NCBI GenBank assembly: GCA_045576815.1 | Contig: JAZNHD010000038.1 | Span: 151 to 64,150 of the forward strand | DNA: 64,000 nt | Direction of reading: 5' to 3' | DNA from: Eubacteriales bacterium | GTDB lineage: Bacteria; Bacillota; Clostridia; Oscillospirales; CAG-272 | Shown: positions 34,462 to 45,474 of the stretch, one piece after another | Position numbering within the stretch: position 1 is the first letter of the stretch | Layout of the letters: every line of letters begins with the position of its first letter | Position numbers and translations under genes: made by a program | The notes under the pieces: model-generated | Told to the model about the DNA's origin: nothing | Databases searched by the model: none | What the model saw: only the letters and a program-made list of their open reading frames with translations

Positions 34462-36393
34462 TCATTTTTTTATATACATTGTATTATTCGCTGTTGTGAT
34501 AAAGACTTTTGCCTCGCACGGCTTTAACGCGAATTCTTTCAATTTCTGCTTTTCAAAAAAAGAGACCGCCTCATTTTCAAAGCCAAAATTTATAGTAAAA
34601 TCAGAGTTGTTATATACGGTAACGTAGCACTCATCGCCGTGAAATCTCGAGAAAATAAGAACGTCCTTGTTAAGAAGGTGAATGCAAAAATCTCCGGTCT
34701 TATATACGTCGTTTTCTCTGCGCAATTTGCCTATTTTTTGATAATGTTCTAACAGTCTCGGATTTTCATTTCCCCACGGATAAGGCATACGGTTAAACGG
34801 GTCGCCATAGCCCTCAAGCCCTGCCTCGTCGCCGTAATAAACAGCGGGTATGCCCGGCAATGTTGCTAAAACGGTATAGGCTGCGATAAGACGTTTTATT
34901 CCTAACTCACGCTCATCAAAAGACAGCCTTTTTTTCGAAAGATATTCATTGGTACGTCCCTCGGCGGACTCTCCCGCAAGAGCTGTAATTATACGCACTG
35001 TATCGTGAGTTCCAAGCAGATTCATTTCCGCATCTCTGATTCTTTTCGGAGCGTTATAAATCACCTCGCATAGCGCGTATCTTAGTGCTTCCGTTTCTTT
35101 TTTTGTTATATAATCGATTATACCGCGCCTTACGGGATAATTCATAGCACCGTCAAGCTCACAGCCGAGATAGTACCGCTTTCGCTTTCCGTATGCAATT
35201 TTATTGGATGCATCCTCCCACACCTCACCGTATAGCACGGATTCACCGTACTCGTCAAGCCTCTTTTTGATTTCGGATATAAAGTCATCTGAGAGCTCGT
35301 CTGCAACGTCAAGACGTAAGCCGTAAACGCCCAAGGAGCGATATTTATCTATAACACCGCCGTCATCAACGAAATACGCTCTGCATTCAGGAATATCGGG
35401 ATTTATTCTCGGTAAAATTTCAATTCCCCACCAACACGTATACCTGTCTGGGTACTTATCAAAGTCGTACCAAGAATAATAAGGCGATTCCTTTGATTGA
35501 TAAGCTCCTACGGTATTATACCTTAAAGATCTGTTAAAGTAAATACTGTCTGAGCCGGTATGATTAAAAACTCCGTCCAAAATTACGCGTATCCCTCGCT
35601 CGCCAGCGGCGGATATGAGCCGTTTTAGCGCCTCCTCGCCGCCGAAGCCACTGTCGACCGTCATATAATCGGCTGTATCGTATTTGTGATTTGACGGGGA
35701 CTCAAATATAGGACTCAAATAAATAGCATTTACTCCAAGTGAGCTGATATAATCCAGCTTATCCGTAATACCGTCAAGCGTTCCGCCAAAAAAGGTATTA
35801 TTTTTAAGCGGCGCACCGGGATATGCGGGATACTCAGGAATTCCGTCAGAAAAATCACCTATAACCGCACCGTCGGACAAGCTAGAGCTGCCGCCGCGAC
35901 AGAATCTGTCTACGAAAATATGATAAATAACACCGCCGTAGAGACTCTCAGGTGCTTTATATGCGAATTCCGAAACCATAATTTGCACAAGCTTATGCGC
36001 CTTAGGCTCAAAATCAAAGATAATTTTTCCCTTGCAGCTTACACCGTACAGCTTACCGAATTCTCCTACGGCATAAAAGCGTAGGAAAAACAGACCTACA
36101 CCTGTTTTCCCTGGCGGAAGTGAAAACACGTACTCGTCATGACCTAAACAAAGTCCCGACCATGCACCGCAAACATCGTCTATAATATCAACACAGGATT
36201 CGGTAAGAAGCTCTACCCCTACCTTAGTCACTCCGAGACGTCGCGGTAAAGTGAGCTTTATTTTAATTTCCTCAGATATTTCAAATGCCGTATCCGGTGT
36301 GTATGCGCCGCGGTGATAAAACGACACAGTACCCTGCGGATTTATAAATCCAACCGTAAATGGTGAAGTACTTTTCAATAAAAACGACCTCAA
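34462..36393 (-). CDS. GH13 alpha-glycosidase (neopullulanase/cyclomaltodextrinase-like), last gene of the glycogen operon
   Basis: GH13 conserved regions 'DGVFNHTG', 'GLRLDVADEL', 'YGEVWED' and 'LLGTHDT'. The only in-frame start upstream of the catalytic domain is TTG 36393, directly abutting the glgP TAA. The first ATG is about 140 codons in. Confidence 0.8.
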   Translation of the reverse strand: MRSFLLKSTSPFTVGFINPQGTVSFYHRGAYTPDTAFEISEEIKIKLTLPRRLGVTKVGVELLTESCVDIIDDVCGAWSGLCLGHDEYVFSLPPGKTGVGLFFLRFYAVGEFGKLYGVSCKGKIIFDFEPKAHKLVQIMVSEFAYKAPESLYGGVIYHIFVDRFCRGGSSSLSDGAVIGDFSDGIPEYPAYPGAPLKNNTFFGGTLDGITDKLDYISSLGVNAIYLSPIFESPSNHKYDTADYMTVDSGFGGEEALKRLISAAGERGIRVILDGVFNHTGSDSIYFNRSLRYNTVGAYQSKESPYYSWYDFDKYPDRYTCWWGIEILPRINPDIPECRAYFVDDGGVIDKYRSLGVYGLRLDVADELSDDFISEIKKRLDEYGESVLYGEVWEDASNKIAYGKRKRYYLGCELDGAMNYPVRRGIIDYITKKETEALRYALCEVIYNAPKRIRDAEMNLLGTHDTVRIITALAGESAEGRTNEYLSKKRLSFDERELGIKRLIAAYTVLATLPGIPAVYYGDEAGLEGYGDPFNRMPYPWGNENPRLLEHYQKIGKLRRENDVYKTGDFCIHLLNKDVLIFSRFHGDECYVTVYNNSDFTINFGFENEAVSFFEKQKLKEFALKPCEAKVFITTANNTMYIKK

Positions 36394-38865
36394 TTATGCT
36401 TTAATTTTATTGACAGGCGAAATATGCCATATCTCGTCTGCGTAATTTCGAATACTGTTATCTGAGGCAAAAATACCGCTCGTAGCCGTATTTATAAGTG
36501 ATTTTTTACTAAATCCTGCCCTGTCGCGATAATCCGAAAGCGCTGAATTATAAGCATTATAATAGGAATCAAAATCTGCAAGACACATGAACGGATCGGC
36601 AATTCCGTATTCACCGCCAATAAGGTAGTCCGCAATATGCGAAAAATCCTGACCGCCTATCGGATAGTAGAGCCTGTCAACAGCGCGGTGAAGCCTATCA
36701 GAGCTATGATAGAAATCTCTTGCAACGTAGCCGCTACGCCAAAGCGCATCTACCTCGGCAGTATTGAGACCGAAAAGATACATATTATCACGTCCGCAGG
36801 CCTCTAAAATTTCAACGTTTGCACCGTCAAGCGTGCCTATCGTAACAGCGCCGTTCATCATAAGCTTCATACAGCCCGTACCGCTCGCTTCCTTACCGGC
36901 AAGAGAAATCTGCTCAGATATGTCGGCTGACGGTATGAGCATCTCGGCTACCGAAACGTTGTACTCCTCCATAAACACGATTTTGATTTTGTCGCGCGTT
37001 ACAGGGTTGTCTTCGAGCTCCTTTGCAAGAAACCATATGAGCTTAATGAGTTTTTTCGCCATAACGTATCCCGGTGCCGCCTTGCAGCCGAAAATAAAGG
37101 TCTGCGGTACAATATCAGCATTTGGATTATCAACGAGTTCGTTATAAATGGCAATTATTTTGAGAACGTTGAGAAGCTGGCGCTTATACTCGTGCATACG
37201 CTTGATTTGTACATCGAAAACCGAATCAGTATCTATGCGCTTGCCATTTCTTGCATACGCGTAATAAGCAAAGCTCTCCTTGTTGTGATGCTTGATATCG
37301 CGGATTTTCTCAAGCACCGATGAGTCGTCCGTATATTTCAGAAGTCCTGAGAGCTCGCGGCAATCATCATGGAATTTAGGTCCGATAAGCTCTTCTATCA
37401 TTGAAGTCAGAGCAGGATTAGCACCAAGCAGCCAGCGTCTGTGAACGACACCGTTCGTAACGTTTGTAAACTTCCACGGTGTCATCTTGTAAAAATCGTG
37501 AAATACGGTCTTTTTCAAAATATCACTGTGGAGCTTTGATACACCGTTAACAGTATGCGAGCCAACAACAGAAAGATTTGCCATTCTCACTTGGTTATAG
37601 GCTACTATCGACATACGGGATATTCTATCCCAATCACCCGGATAGAGATTCCAAAGGTCAGCCGTAAATCTTTTGTTAATCTCCGAAACTATCGTATATA
37701 TTCTCGGGAGCTTCATACTAAAAAGGTCGACTCGCCAGGTCTCAAGAGCTTCAGGCATTACGGTATGGTTAGTGTAGGACACACACTTTATGACCTCCGC
37801 CCAGGCATCATCCCAAGAATAAGAATATACGTCCATAAATATACGCATAAGCTCGGGGATACAAAGCGCGGGATGGGTATCGTTAATGTGAATGGAAATT
37901 TTATCGCCAAAGCCCGAAAGCGAGCCGTGCTCGGCAAGATAATCGCTGAAAATACTCTGAAGCGATGCGGAAACTAAAAAATACTGCTGTGTGAGGCGAA
38001 GGAGCTTTCCCTCGTCATAATTGTCCGGCGGATATAACTGCTTAGTTATAGACTCGGCATTTCCACCAATGGAAAGCGAACGCATGTAGTCGCTTTGCGT
38101 AGCATATCCAACGCTTGAAAACGCGCGTCTTGCACGCCAGAGCCTTATCGTATTCACCGCATTGGTATTAACACCGGGTATTAAAAGATCGTACGGTACA
38201 GCCTTAACCTCGTCATAGTCGTAATGAGATATGCGGAGCTCACCGTTTTCCCATGTCTCCTCAATGCGACCTCCGAGCTTTACAGAAACACTCTTTTCCG
38301 TTCTCGGCACGAGCCAGACGCCGCCGCTCGTAAGCCACTCGTCAGCGAGCTCGATCTGCTCGCCATCTATAATTCTTTGCTTAAAGAGGCCGTTCTCGTA
38401 AAGCAAGGAATAGCCGTTAGCCGCATAGTCGCCCGCCGAAAGCGAGTCCATAAAGCAGGCAGCGAGTCGTCCAAGACCTCCGTTACCAAGACCGGGATCA
38501 ACCTCGCAGGCGTATATCTTTTCGAAAGACGACCCGAAGTCCGAGAGTATCTCGCATAGCTCCTTATAAACACCGAGATTCTGCGCGTCCTTTTTCAGAG
38601 CTCTGCCTACGAGAAACTCCATACAAAGATAGCAAACCTTTTTCGCACCCTTGATTTTAATACGAGATTTGAAGTCCTCTCTGTACTCGAGCATTATATC
38701 CTTAAGTGCGTACACGGTTGCCTGATAAAGCTGCTCTACTGATGCGGACTCCGGATTGGTAATTCCGCGAGTCATAAGCTTTGACTCAATTCTTTCCTTT
38801 AGCTCTTCTTTTGTAATTTTTGCTTTTATTCCCGTAATGGGATTTGCGCTTGCTTTGTTTATCAT
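36394..38865 (-). CDS. glgP: Glycogen/alpha-glucan phosphorylase
   Basis: 823 aa. PLP-lysine block 'EASGTGCMKLMMNGA' and 'GNGGLGRLAACF'. Confidence 0.9.
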   Translation of the reverse strand: MINKASANPITGIKAKITKEELKERIESKLMTRGITNPESASVEQLYQATVYALKDIMLEYREDFKSRIKIKGAKKVCYLCMEFLVGRALKKDAQNLGVYKELCEILSDFGSSFEKIYACEVDPGLGNGGLGRLAACFMDSLSAGDYAANGYSLLYENGLFKQRIIDGEQIELADEWLTSGGVWLVPRTEKSVSVKLGGRIEETWENGELRISHYDYDEVKAVPYDLLIPGVNTNAVNTIRLWRARRAFSSVGYATQSDYMRSLSIGGNAESITKQLYPPDNYDEGKLLRLTQQYFLVSASLQSIFSDYLAEHGSLSGFGDKISIHINDTHPALCIPELMRIFMDVYSYSWDDAWAEVIKCVSYTNHTVMPEALETWRVDLFSMKLPRIYTIVSEINKRFTADLWNLYPGDWDRISRMSIVAYNQVRMANLSVVGSHTVNGVSKLHSDILKKTVFHDFYKMTPWKFTNVTNGVVHRRWLLGANPALTSMIEELIGPKFHDDCRELSGLLKYTDDSSVLEKIRDIKHHNKESFAYYAYARNGKRIDTDSVFDVQIKRMHEYKRQLLNVLKIIAIYNELVDNPNADIVPQTFIFGCKAAPGYVMAKKLIKLIWFLAKELEDNPVTRDKIKIVFMEEYNVSVAEMLIPSADISEQISLAGKEASGTGCMKLMMNGAVTIGTLDGANVEILEACGRDNMYLFGLNTAEVDALWRSGYVARDFYHSSDRLHRAVDRLYYPIGGQDFSHIADYLIGGEYGIADPFMCLADFDSYYNAYNSALSDYRDRAGFSKKSLINTATSGIFASDNSIRNYADEIWHISPVNKIKA

Positions 38866-38877
38866 TAATTTTTCCTA

Positions 38878-40293
38878 TCAGTTTGCTATATTTTTGTAAA
38901 TCGCCACATATTTAGCGGCAGAATTCTTCCAAGTAAAATCAGAAGCCTTTGCAGAAGCAACAAGCTCTTGCCAGATTTCGCGCTTTTGGTATAGCTCAAG
39001 TGCGCCCTTTAGAGTATACAGCAGCTCGTGAGCATTGTAATTATCAAAGCGAAATCCGTTTGCGCCCTCGCTGCCATACGGTTTAATTGAATCAAAAAGG
39101 CCTCCAACGCTTCTGACAATCGGCACAGTACCGTAGGAGCACGCAATCATCTGAGCAAGACCGCAGGGCTCGCTCTTAGACGGCATAAGGAAAATATCCG
39201 CAGCGGCATAGAGCTTTTTTGAGAGAACCCTGTCAAATTTAATAAGTGATACAAGGTTATCGTGCTTTTCGGAAAGGATTTGCAACCTCTCTTCATACTC
39301 TTTTTCGCCCGTGCCGAGTATTACCACCTCAACGTCAAACGAAAGCACTTCCTCCAAAACGTGTAATACAAGGTCTATTCCCTTTCCCGCGGTAAGCCTC
39401 GTTATCATGACTATCATCGGACGGTCAGAGCCAAAAAGCCCCAGTTCCTTACGTAAGGCCTTTTTGTTTGCGGCTTTTCCCTCAAAAAGAGTTTTTGCAT
39501 CGTAGCTCTTATAAATATCACCGCCGCACTCGGGAGAAAAATAGGTATAATCTATTCCGTTTATTACCCCCGTCATCTTGCCTTTCGAAGCCTTAATAAT
39601 CTCGGAAAGACCGAAGGCAAAGAAGTCATATTCAAGCTCGTTTGCATAGTTCGGACTAACCGTAGTAACGAAATCAGAAGAGACGATAGCCCCTTTCATG
39701 AGATTAAGAGCCCCGTCATACTCTACTATGCCGCGGTATTTCGTATCAATGCCGAAAACGTCACCGAGAATATAAGGGTCATACTTGCCCTGATACTCAA
39801 TATTATGAATTGTATAAACAGTCTTGATTTTTCTAAAGGCCTCAATATTTGAATACTCTGTTTTGAGATATATTACCGCCGCGGCAGCCTGCCAATCGTT
39901 TGCATGTAAGACGTCGGGAACATCACCGCTTTGAAGAATATATTCAACCACGGCGCGCGAAAAGAAAGCAAAGCGCTCTGCGTCGTCAAATTCACCGTAA
40001 AGCCTATCCCTATCAAAATAATAATGATTTTCAACGAAAAGATAGGTTACACCGTTCTCTGAAAGCTTATAAATCGATGCCCCCGTTTTACGCCAACCAA
40101 GATTAAATGAAATGTCTATAACAAGCTCTAAGCTGTCGCGGTGTTTTTCGTAAACGCTCCTATAAAGAGGCGTTATAACCGAGCATTTATTTCCGAGCGA
40201 AGCTACAGCAGAGGGCAAAGCGCCCATAACGTCACCGAGCCCGCCACTTGCCGAAAAGGGTGCGGCTTCACTGGCCACGTAAAGAATTTTCAT
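38878..40293 (-). CDS. glgA: Glycogen synthase (ADP-glucose type)
   Basis: 'KILYVASEAAPFSASGGLGDV' (K-x-GGL), GT5/GT1 layout. Confidence 0.9.
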   Translation of the reverse strand: MKILYVASEAAPFSASGGLGDVMGALPSAVASLGNKCSVITPLYRSVYEKHRDSLELVIDISFNLGWRKTGASIYKLSENGVTYLFVENHYYFDRDRLYGEFDDAERFAFFSRAVVEYILQSGDVPDVLHANDWQAAAAVIYLKTEYSNIEAFRKIKTVYTIHNIEYQGKYDPYILGDVFGIDTKYRGIVEYDGALNLMKGAIVSSDFVTTVSPNYANELEYDFFAFGLSEIIKASKGKMTGVINGIDYTYFSPECGGDIYKSYDAKTLFEGKAANKKALRKELGLFGSDRPMIVMITRLTAGKGIDLVLHVLEEVLSFDVEVVILGTGEKEYEERLQILSEKHDNLVSLIKFDRVLSKKLYAAADIFLMPSKSEPCGLAQMIACSYGTVPIVRSVGGLFDSIKPYGSEGANGFRFDNYNAHELLYTLKGALELYQKREIWQELVASAKASDFTWKNSAAKYVAIYKNIAN

Positions 40294-40313
40294 AGTTTCC
40301 CACTCCTTCGGGA

Positions 40314-41444
40314 TTAAATTTTCCGAGATTTTTGAATATAAAACGGCATATTTTCATTGCCGGAAAGCACAACACCGTCCGTAATATCAACGTCCTTATC
40401 GGTAACTATACAGTTAAGAGAGGCGTTTTTTGCAACTCGAGTGCCGCTGAAAAGTACCGAATTTTTAACTACCGCGCCGCGCTCAATCTTAACCCCTCTG
40501 AAAAGCACCGAATTAATAACCGTGCCCTCTATTACGCAATCATCCGCTATCATTGAGTTTTCTACAAGAGCACTTGTTTTGTAAACCGTGGGAGACGAGT
40601 TATGAACACGTGTGAAGATAGGTGCCTCCTTTTTCCAAAGAAGAGACTCCCTTGCCGACTCATCAGTCGCGAGATCCATAGAGCATCTGTAATAATCAAG
40701 AAAGCTCGATACTGTAGCTACGTAGCCCGTGTACTTATACGTACGGTAATCCGACGACTTATAGTTTTTTAGCATAAGGCGTGTAAGGCTATTAAGGTTA
40801 TAAGCCTCAGCCTCCTCAATAAGACGGCGAAGATATACGGTTTTCATAACGTATATTCCAAGAGAAAGCTCAGGGTGGCGCTCCTTATAGCAGTCGGAAA
40901 GCGCAAACTCGGTAATCTTTCCGGCTACCGAGGCGAGCATCATTCTCGGATGCTTAGAGGTAAAGCCCTTATCCGCCACGTGAGTTACTATAGTGATATT
41001 TGCGTTGGTTTTCTCGTGAGTACGCAGTACATCCGAAATATCAATATTGAGAACACTGTCAGAGTCCATTAAAACTACGTATTCTTCCTTGAATTCGTTA
41101 ATGTACTCCTTCATGCTTTTAAGCGCCTCAAGGTGCGTCGAAAACATTTTAGCATCGGAATTCTGCGCAGTCTGAAAGGGAGATATAACGTTAACTCCAC
41201 CGTCACGTCGTGCAAGATCCCAGTCCTTGCCGCTTCCGATATGCTCAAGAAGCGATCTGTAATTATAATTTGCAACGATATTTATATTTGAAATATTGGC
41301 GTTAACGAGATTTGAAAGACAGAAGTCAACAAGCCTATATCTGCAGGCAAACGGGATAGCGGCAACCGTCCTATCACTCGTAAGGCGCGACAGTGTATTG
41401 TTATTAAGACTTGAGAAAATAATTCCTGCTGCACTGATTGCCAT
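40314..41444 (-). CDS. glgD: Glucose-1-phosphate adenylyltransferase regulatory subunit GlgD
   Basis: Paralogous to GlgC but lacks the GGxGxRL loop ('AAGIIFSSLNNNTLSRLT'). The C-terminal LbH repeat and the position between glgC and glgA match Firmicute glgD. Confidence 0.85.
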   Translation of the reverse strand: MAISAAGIIFSSLNNNTLSRLTSDRTVAAIPFACRYRLVDFCLSNLVNANISNINIVANYNYRSLLEHIGSGKDWDLARRDGGVNVISPFQTAQNSDAKMFSTHLEALKSMKEYINEFKEEYVVLMDSDSVLNIDISDVLRTHEKTNANITIVTHVADKGFTSKHPRMMLASVAGKITEFALSDCYKERHPELSLGIYVMKTVYLRRLIEEAEAYNLNSLTRLMLKNYKSSDYRTYKYTGYVATVSSFLDYYRCSMDLATDESARESLLWKKEAPIFTRVHNSSPTVYKTSALVENSMIADDCVIEGTVINSVLFRGVKIERGAVVKNSVLFSGTRVAKNASLNCIVTDKDVDITDGVVLSGNENMPFYIQKSRKI

Positions 41445-41456
41445 TTTACTACCTCC

Positions 41457-42617
41457 TTAATTACAGGAAGACGCGGATGCGACCGTGCTTCCCTTTGCTA
41501 TGACCTCGATATCGTCCTTACCCGCCGACTCTTTGCCAACGGTTGCATTTTCTTCTATAACAGTGTCTGAATCGACGATAGCGGTATAAATTCTCGCGCC
41601 GCGCTTTATAATGACGTCCTCCATAATTACAGAGTTCTTTACAATGGCTCCGTCTTCGATAATAACACCGCCTGAAAGAATCGAGTTTTCGACAGTGCCG
41701 TATATACGGCAGCCCTCCGATATCATAGAATTTATAACGCTGGAATTAGGTCCGAGATACTGCGGTGCACGCGCCATATTTTTAGAATATATTCTGAAAT
41801 TCTTATCCGAAATACTGAGCGCGGGATTATCACCGATAAGATCCATATTAGCTTCCCAAAGCGAAGATATAGTTCCGACGTCCTTCCAATATCCATCAAA
41901 TTTATATGAGTAAAGCCGCTCACCGTTATGAAGAAGATTTGGAATTATGTTCTTTCCGAAATCGTTAGAGGAATTCTCATCCTTCTCGTCGGTTTCGAGA
42001 TACTCTATAAGAGTGTCGGTATTGAAAATATATATACCCATAGATGCCTGATTGTTTTTCGGCACCTTCGGTTTTTCCTCGAATTCATAAATCGAGCCGT
42101 CCGGATTCGTGTTACAAATTCCAAATCTCGAAGCCTCCTCAATAGGAACGGTTATCGTTGCCACAGTGCAAACAGCCCCCGTCGCCTTATGTTGTTGAAG
42201 CATCAGCTTATAATCCATCTTGTAGATGTGGTCTCCCGAGAGGATAAGAACGTAGTCGGGGCTGTAATGCTTTATAAAGTTTATATTCTGGTAGATTGCG
42301 TTAGCCGTACCCTTATACCAATCGGAATGAGTATTTCCCTGATACGGCGGCAGTACCGAAAGACCGCCTCTCATACGGTCAAGATCCCACGGTGCGCCGT
42401 TGCACACGTATTCGTTGAGCGCAAGAGGCTGATACTGAGTCAAGACTCCTACCGTGTCAATACCGGAGTTTATACAGTTTGAGAGAGGGAAATCTATAAT
42501 TTTATATTTACCCCCGAAAGAAACCGCAGGCTTTGCGATTTGCTTTGTTAAATCGTATAAGCGAGATCCCTGACCGCCTGCCAAAAGCATTGCGATACAT
42601 TCCTTTTTACAATACAT
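41457..42617 (-). CDS. glgC: Glucose-1-phosphate adenylyltransferase
   Basis: '[16 protein letters not shown]', '[15 protein letters not shown]' and a C-terminal left-handed beta-helix. SD AAAGGAGAAGGG lies upstream of ATG 42617, which overlaps the glgB stop by 11 nt. Confidence 0.9.
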   Translation of the reverse strand: MYCKKECIAMLLAGGQGSRLYDLTKQIAKPAVSFGGKYKIIDFPLSNCINSGIDTVGVLTQYQPLALNEYVCNGAPWDLDRMRGGLSVLPPYQGNTHSDWYKGTANAIYQNINFIKHYSPDYVLILSGDHIYKMDYKLMLQQHKATGAVCTVATITVPIEEASRFGICNTNPDGSIYEFEEKPKVPKNNQASMGIYIFNTDTLIEYLETDEKDENSSNDFGKNIIPNLLHNGERLYSYKFDGYWKDVGTISSLWEANMDLIGDNPALSISDKNFRIYSKNMARAPQYLGPNSSVINSMISEGCRIYGTVENSILSGGVIIEDGAIVKNSVIMEDVIIKRGARIYTAIVDSDTVIEENATVGKESAGKDDIEVIAKGSTVASASSCN

Positions 42618-44529
42618 TCCCTTCTCCTTTTAATTTTATTTTTTTAATTCCGTCATTTTCGACCATAATCATTCCGCAAAGGCGCGGAACACAGATTTTC
42701 GCAAAGCATCCATCGTCTGTGTTATCGACTTTTATCTTCTTTTTAATATCCGGAACGTTACCGGTATCAAAAATAACGTTTAACTCTGTTGCGATATTTG
42801 TCCTTAAAATTATTTGCTCATCCTTGCCCGAAAAGGATATCACCACTATGACACTTTCTCCGTTGCGGTTATGTCGCCTGAAGGCAACGAGATTTTTATC
42901 CGCCTCGTCGGGTAAAATCCAAGAAAATCCGCGAGGGTCAAAATCCATATCCCAAAGCTCAGAACGTGAAAGATAAAATGCATTTAATTCAGCCACGTAC
43001 TCACGGAAAAATTTATGGTTCGGATAATCCGTCATAAACCATTCGAGCGAATTTTCATAATCCCATTCTCTGAACTGCCCATACTCAGTGCCCATAAACA
43101 AGAGCTTTTTTGACGGATAAGTCATCATAAGCATAAGAGCTGCACGGGCATTCAAAAATTTATCCTCATAGCTGCCGAACATTTTATCAATAAATGATTT
43201 TTTACCGTGCACCACCTCGTCGTGAGAGACCGGCATGCAGTAGTTTTCCGAAAAAGCATACATAAGAGGAAAATTAAGTGCTTTGTGAAGATGCTTGCGA
43301 TAGATTGGATCTTCTTTCACATAATCGTAAAAATCGTTTGCCCATCCCATATTCCATTTTAAATTGAAGCCAAGGCCGCCCGAGTGTACAGGCGTCGTAA
43401 TTTTTCCAAAGGAACCAGATTCCTCTGCAATCATCAGAACGTCTGGAAATTCGGAGAAAACAGCCGTATTCAGCTTTCTGAGAAAGGCTACAGCCTCCTT
43501 GTTAACGTTCGTTCCGTCAGAATTCGGAATCCACTCGCCGGAAGTTCTGTCGTAATCCAGATAAAGCATTGACGCTACGGCATCAACACGCAAGCCGTCG
43601 ATATGAAATTCCCTTAAATAGTAGAGCGCATTTGAAATCAAAAACGACTGTATCTCTTCTCTTCCAAGGTCGAAAAAACGCGTACCCCAGCTTCTCGACT
43701 CCTGCCTGTCCTTACCCTGATATTCGTAAAGAGGCGAGCCGTCAAACTCGTAAAGCCCCCATTCATCCTTAGGGAAATGAGCAGGAACCCAGTCCATAAT
43801 CACGCCTATTCCCGAGGTGTGAAGCACGTTAATGAGATATTTAAAATCATCAGGCGTGCCAAAGCGGGAGGTTGGCGCATAAAAAGCACATACCTGATAT
43901 CCCCAAGAGCCGTCGTAAGGATGCTCGGAAAGCGGAAGAAACTCAACGTGTGTATATCCCATAGTCTTGAGATATGACGGTAAAATTTCTGCCATTTCAC
44001 GATATGTGTAGTAAGAATTATCCTCGTGACGAATAAAGCTGCCAAAATGAAGCTCGTAAATATTTATCGGCGCAGATAAAAAGATGCCGTCAGCTTCTTT
44101 TACGGTATTCTTTCTGTGTAAAAGCCATTTTTCGTCGTTAAATTTGAATTTTCCTTCAAGAAAAATGACCGAGGCGCCATCGTCTTTTCCGCGAGAATAT
44201 CGAGCATAGGGGTCACCTTTATCGTGAGTGACACCGTTTGATGATATTCTGTATTTGTAGGATTTTCCTTCGAGAGAACTGTCAGAGTCGATTTTAAGCT
44301 CCCAGACACCCTTTTCCGTCACTCTTACGAACGGTACAGCTGCCTGCCAACCGGAAAAATCGGAAATCAAGCCAACACTGTCAGCACCCGGAGCCCAAAC
44401 GCGAAAGGTATATTCGTATTTTCCCGGAAGAGATTCTAGGCTAACGCCGAGATACTCATAGGCGTAAAAATTAGTGCCTTGGTGAAAATAATAGCTTGCT
44501 TTTTCAGTAATTTTATCCGTATATATCAC
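42607..44529 (-). CDS. glgB: 1,4-alpha-glucan branching enzyme
   Basis: GH13 blocks '[11 protein letters not shown]', 'MIAEESG' and 'SHDEVVHGK'. The start is moved to GTG 44529, with GGGGAGGA 7 nt upstream, because the operon -10 box (44562-44567) lies inside the track's 5' extension to 44571. Confidence 0.88.
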   Translation of the reverse strand: MIYTDKITEKASYYFHQGTNFYAYEYLGVSLESLPGKYEYTFRVWAPGADSVGLISDFSGWQAAVPFVRVTEKGVWELKIDSDSSLEGKSYKYRISSNGVTHDKGDPYARYSRGKDDGASVIFLEGKFKFNDEKWLLHRKNTVKEADGIFLSAPINIYELHFGSFIRHEDNSYYTYREMAEILPSYLKTMGYTHVEFLPLSEHPYDGSWGYQVCAFYAPTSRFGTPDDFKYLINVLHTSGIGVIMDWVPAHFPKDEWGLYEFDGSPLYEYQGKDRQESRSWGTRFFDLGREEIQSFLISNALYYLREFHIDGLRVDAVASMLYLDYDRTSGEWIPNSDGTNVNKEAVAFLRKLNTAVFSEFPDVLMIAEESGSFGKITTPVHSGGLGFNLKWNMGWANDFYDYVKEDPIYRKHLHKALNFPLMYAFSENYCMPVSHDEVVHGKKSFIDKMFGSYEDKFLNARAALMLMMTYPSKKLLFMGTEYGQFREWDYENSLEWFMTDYPNHKFFREYVAELNAFYLSRSELWDMDFDPRGFSWILPDEADKNLVAFRRHNRNGESVIVVISFSGKDEQIILRTNIATELNVIFDTGNVPDIKKKIKVDNTDDGCFAKICVPRLCGMIMVENDGIKKIKLKGEGNVL

Positions 44530-44561
44530 CCCGCATCCTCCCCTTTTATCTTCTATTATAT

Positions 44562-44590
44562 ATTTTACCACATTTTATATGTTTTGTCAA
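44562..44590 (-). promoter_or_regulatory. Sigma-A promoter (extended -10) of the glgBCDAP-GH13 operon
   Basis: Minus strand TTGACA (44590-44585), 17 nt ending in TG, TAAAAT (44567-44562). Confidence 0.65.
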
Positions 44591-44626
44591 GAAAAAGTGT
44601 GCACCGATAACTGTAAATATCTTCTA

Positions 44627-45130
44627 TCATTCTTTGTTTTTCGTCAAGCTTTTTTTTACTTTTTTAGACGTTGCCATGATAGGTCGGGATATAAGTCGCA
44701 AAAAAATAATCAAAATTCCGTAAATAAATACAAAAAAAGAGTCCGCCAACCTGAAAAGCGACACGTCAGACGCATATTTGAAAAGGAGAAAAAAGCCTAC
44801 CGCAAACAAGAGAAGATATATTCTCACCGCACCGTCGAGCGCATAGTACGATAAAAGTATAAAACCTAAGGTAAATAGCAATATTTTTAAAAAGGTGGCG
44901 ACCTCACCGAAAATTTTGGATTTTTCTATTTTACCGTCTTTTAATGCATTGCTTCTTTTTGGAATTTCAAAAAGCCTTTTGTTCGAAAATAGATGTTCTT
45001 TGATTTTCTTAATATGATTAAGTTCGACGGATAAAATCTTTAAAATTGTATCAAAAAAAGCGAATATCGCACCAAAAATTGCGGCAGAAAATACAGAACT
45101 TACCGTTTCAAGCGTGGTGAAAAAGGTCAT
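44627..45130 (-). CDS. yabQ: Spore cortex biosynthesis protein YabQ-like membrane protein
   Basis: Hydrophobic 167-aa protein with 'YALDGAVRIYLLL' (YabQ-type G.(V/L)R.Y motif), immediately downstream of and overlapping yabP. Confidence 0.7.
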   Translation of the reverse strand: MTFFTTLETVSSVFSAAIFGAIFAFFDTILKILSVELNHIKKIKEHLFSNKRLFEIPKRSNALKDGKIEKSKIFGEVATFLKILLFTLGFILLSYYALDGAVRIYLLLFAVGFFLLFKYASDVSLFRLADSFFVFIYGILIIFLRLISRPIMATSKKVKKSLTKNKE

Positions 45131-45396
45131 TTGAAAAACTTTCCAAAAAGTCCGGAGCGCGTTTTTTCGTTAGAATACATAACGGCATCTATCCTACCGC
45201 TTATAACGATAATGCCATCCTCCTTCGTAAGCCCTTCGATTTTCAGCTCCGCCCCTTCGATAATAATTCGCCCCGCAGCGCTCGAAAGAGATACGTATCC
45301 CTCATCGAAGCCCTCGACGTTCAATACACCGTCTATAGTAACTTGATTTCGGTTTTTAATCATCAGGTTCTGCTTTACAATCTTGTTCTCATCCAT
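45127..45396 (-). CDS. yabP: Sporulation protein YabP
   Basis: 'NLMIKNRNQVTIDGVLNVEGFDEGYVSLSSAAGRIIIEGAELKIEGL' is typical of YabP. The start is moved to ATG 45396, with GGAG 6 nt upstream. Confidence 0.85.
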   Translation of the reverse strand: MDENKIVKQNLMIKNRNQVTIDGVLNVEGFDEGYVSLSSAAGRIIIEGAELKIEGLTKEDGIIVISGRIDAVMYSNEKTRSGLFGKFFK

Positions 45397-45422
45397 AATT
45401 ATCTCCAATCTTCAAAATCTTA

Positions 45423-45468
45423 TAAAAAAAGAAACACCGCATATTCAATAAAAAATATGCAGCGCTTC
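45423..45468 (-). terminator. Terminator/attenuator between the S4-domain gene and yabP
   Basis: Minus strand GAAGCGCTGCATAT...ATATGCGGTGTTTC (14 bp including three G.U pairs) followed by TTTTTTT. Confidence 0.55.
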
Positions 45469-45474
45469 TTTTTT

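Noticed and set aside
41928-42482. 184-aa ORF antisense to glgC. Similar cases are 50377-50964 in relA, 53722-54201 in recJ and 2124-2597 in nfeD.
   Set aside because: Same reasoning: they are fully nested antisense frames within genes that carry strong family motifs.
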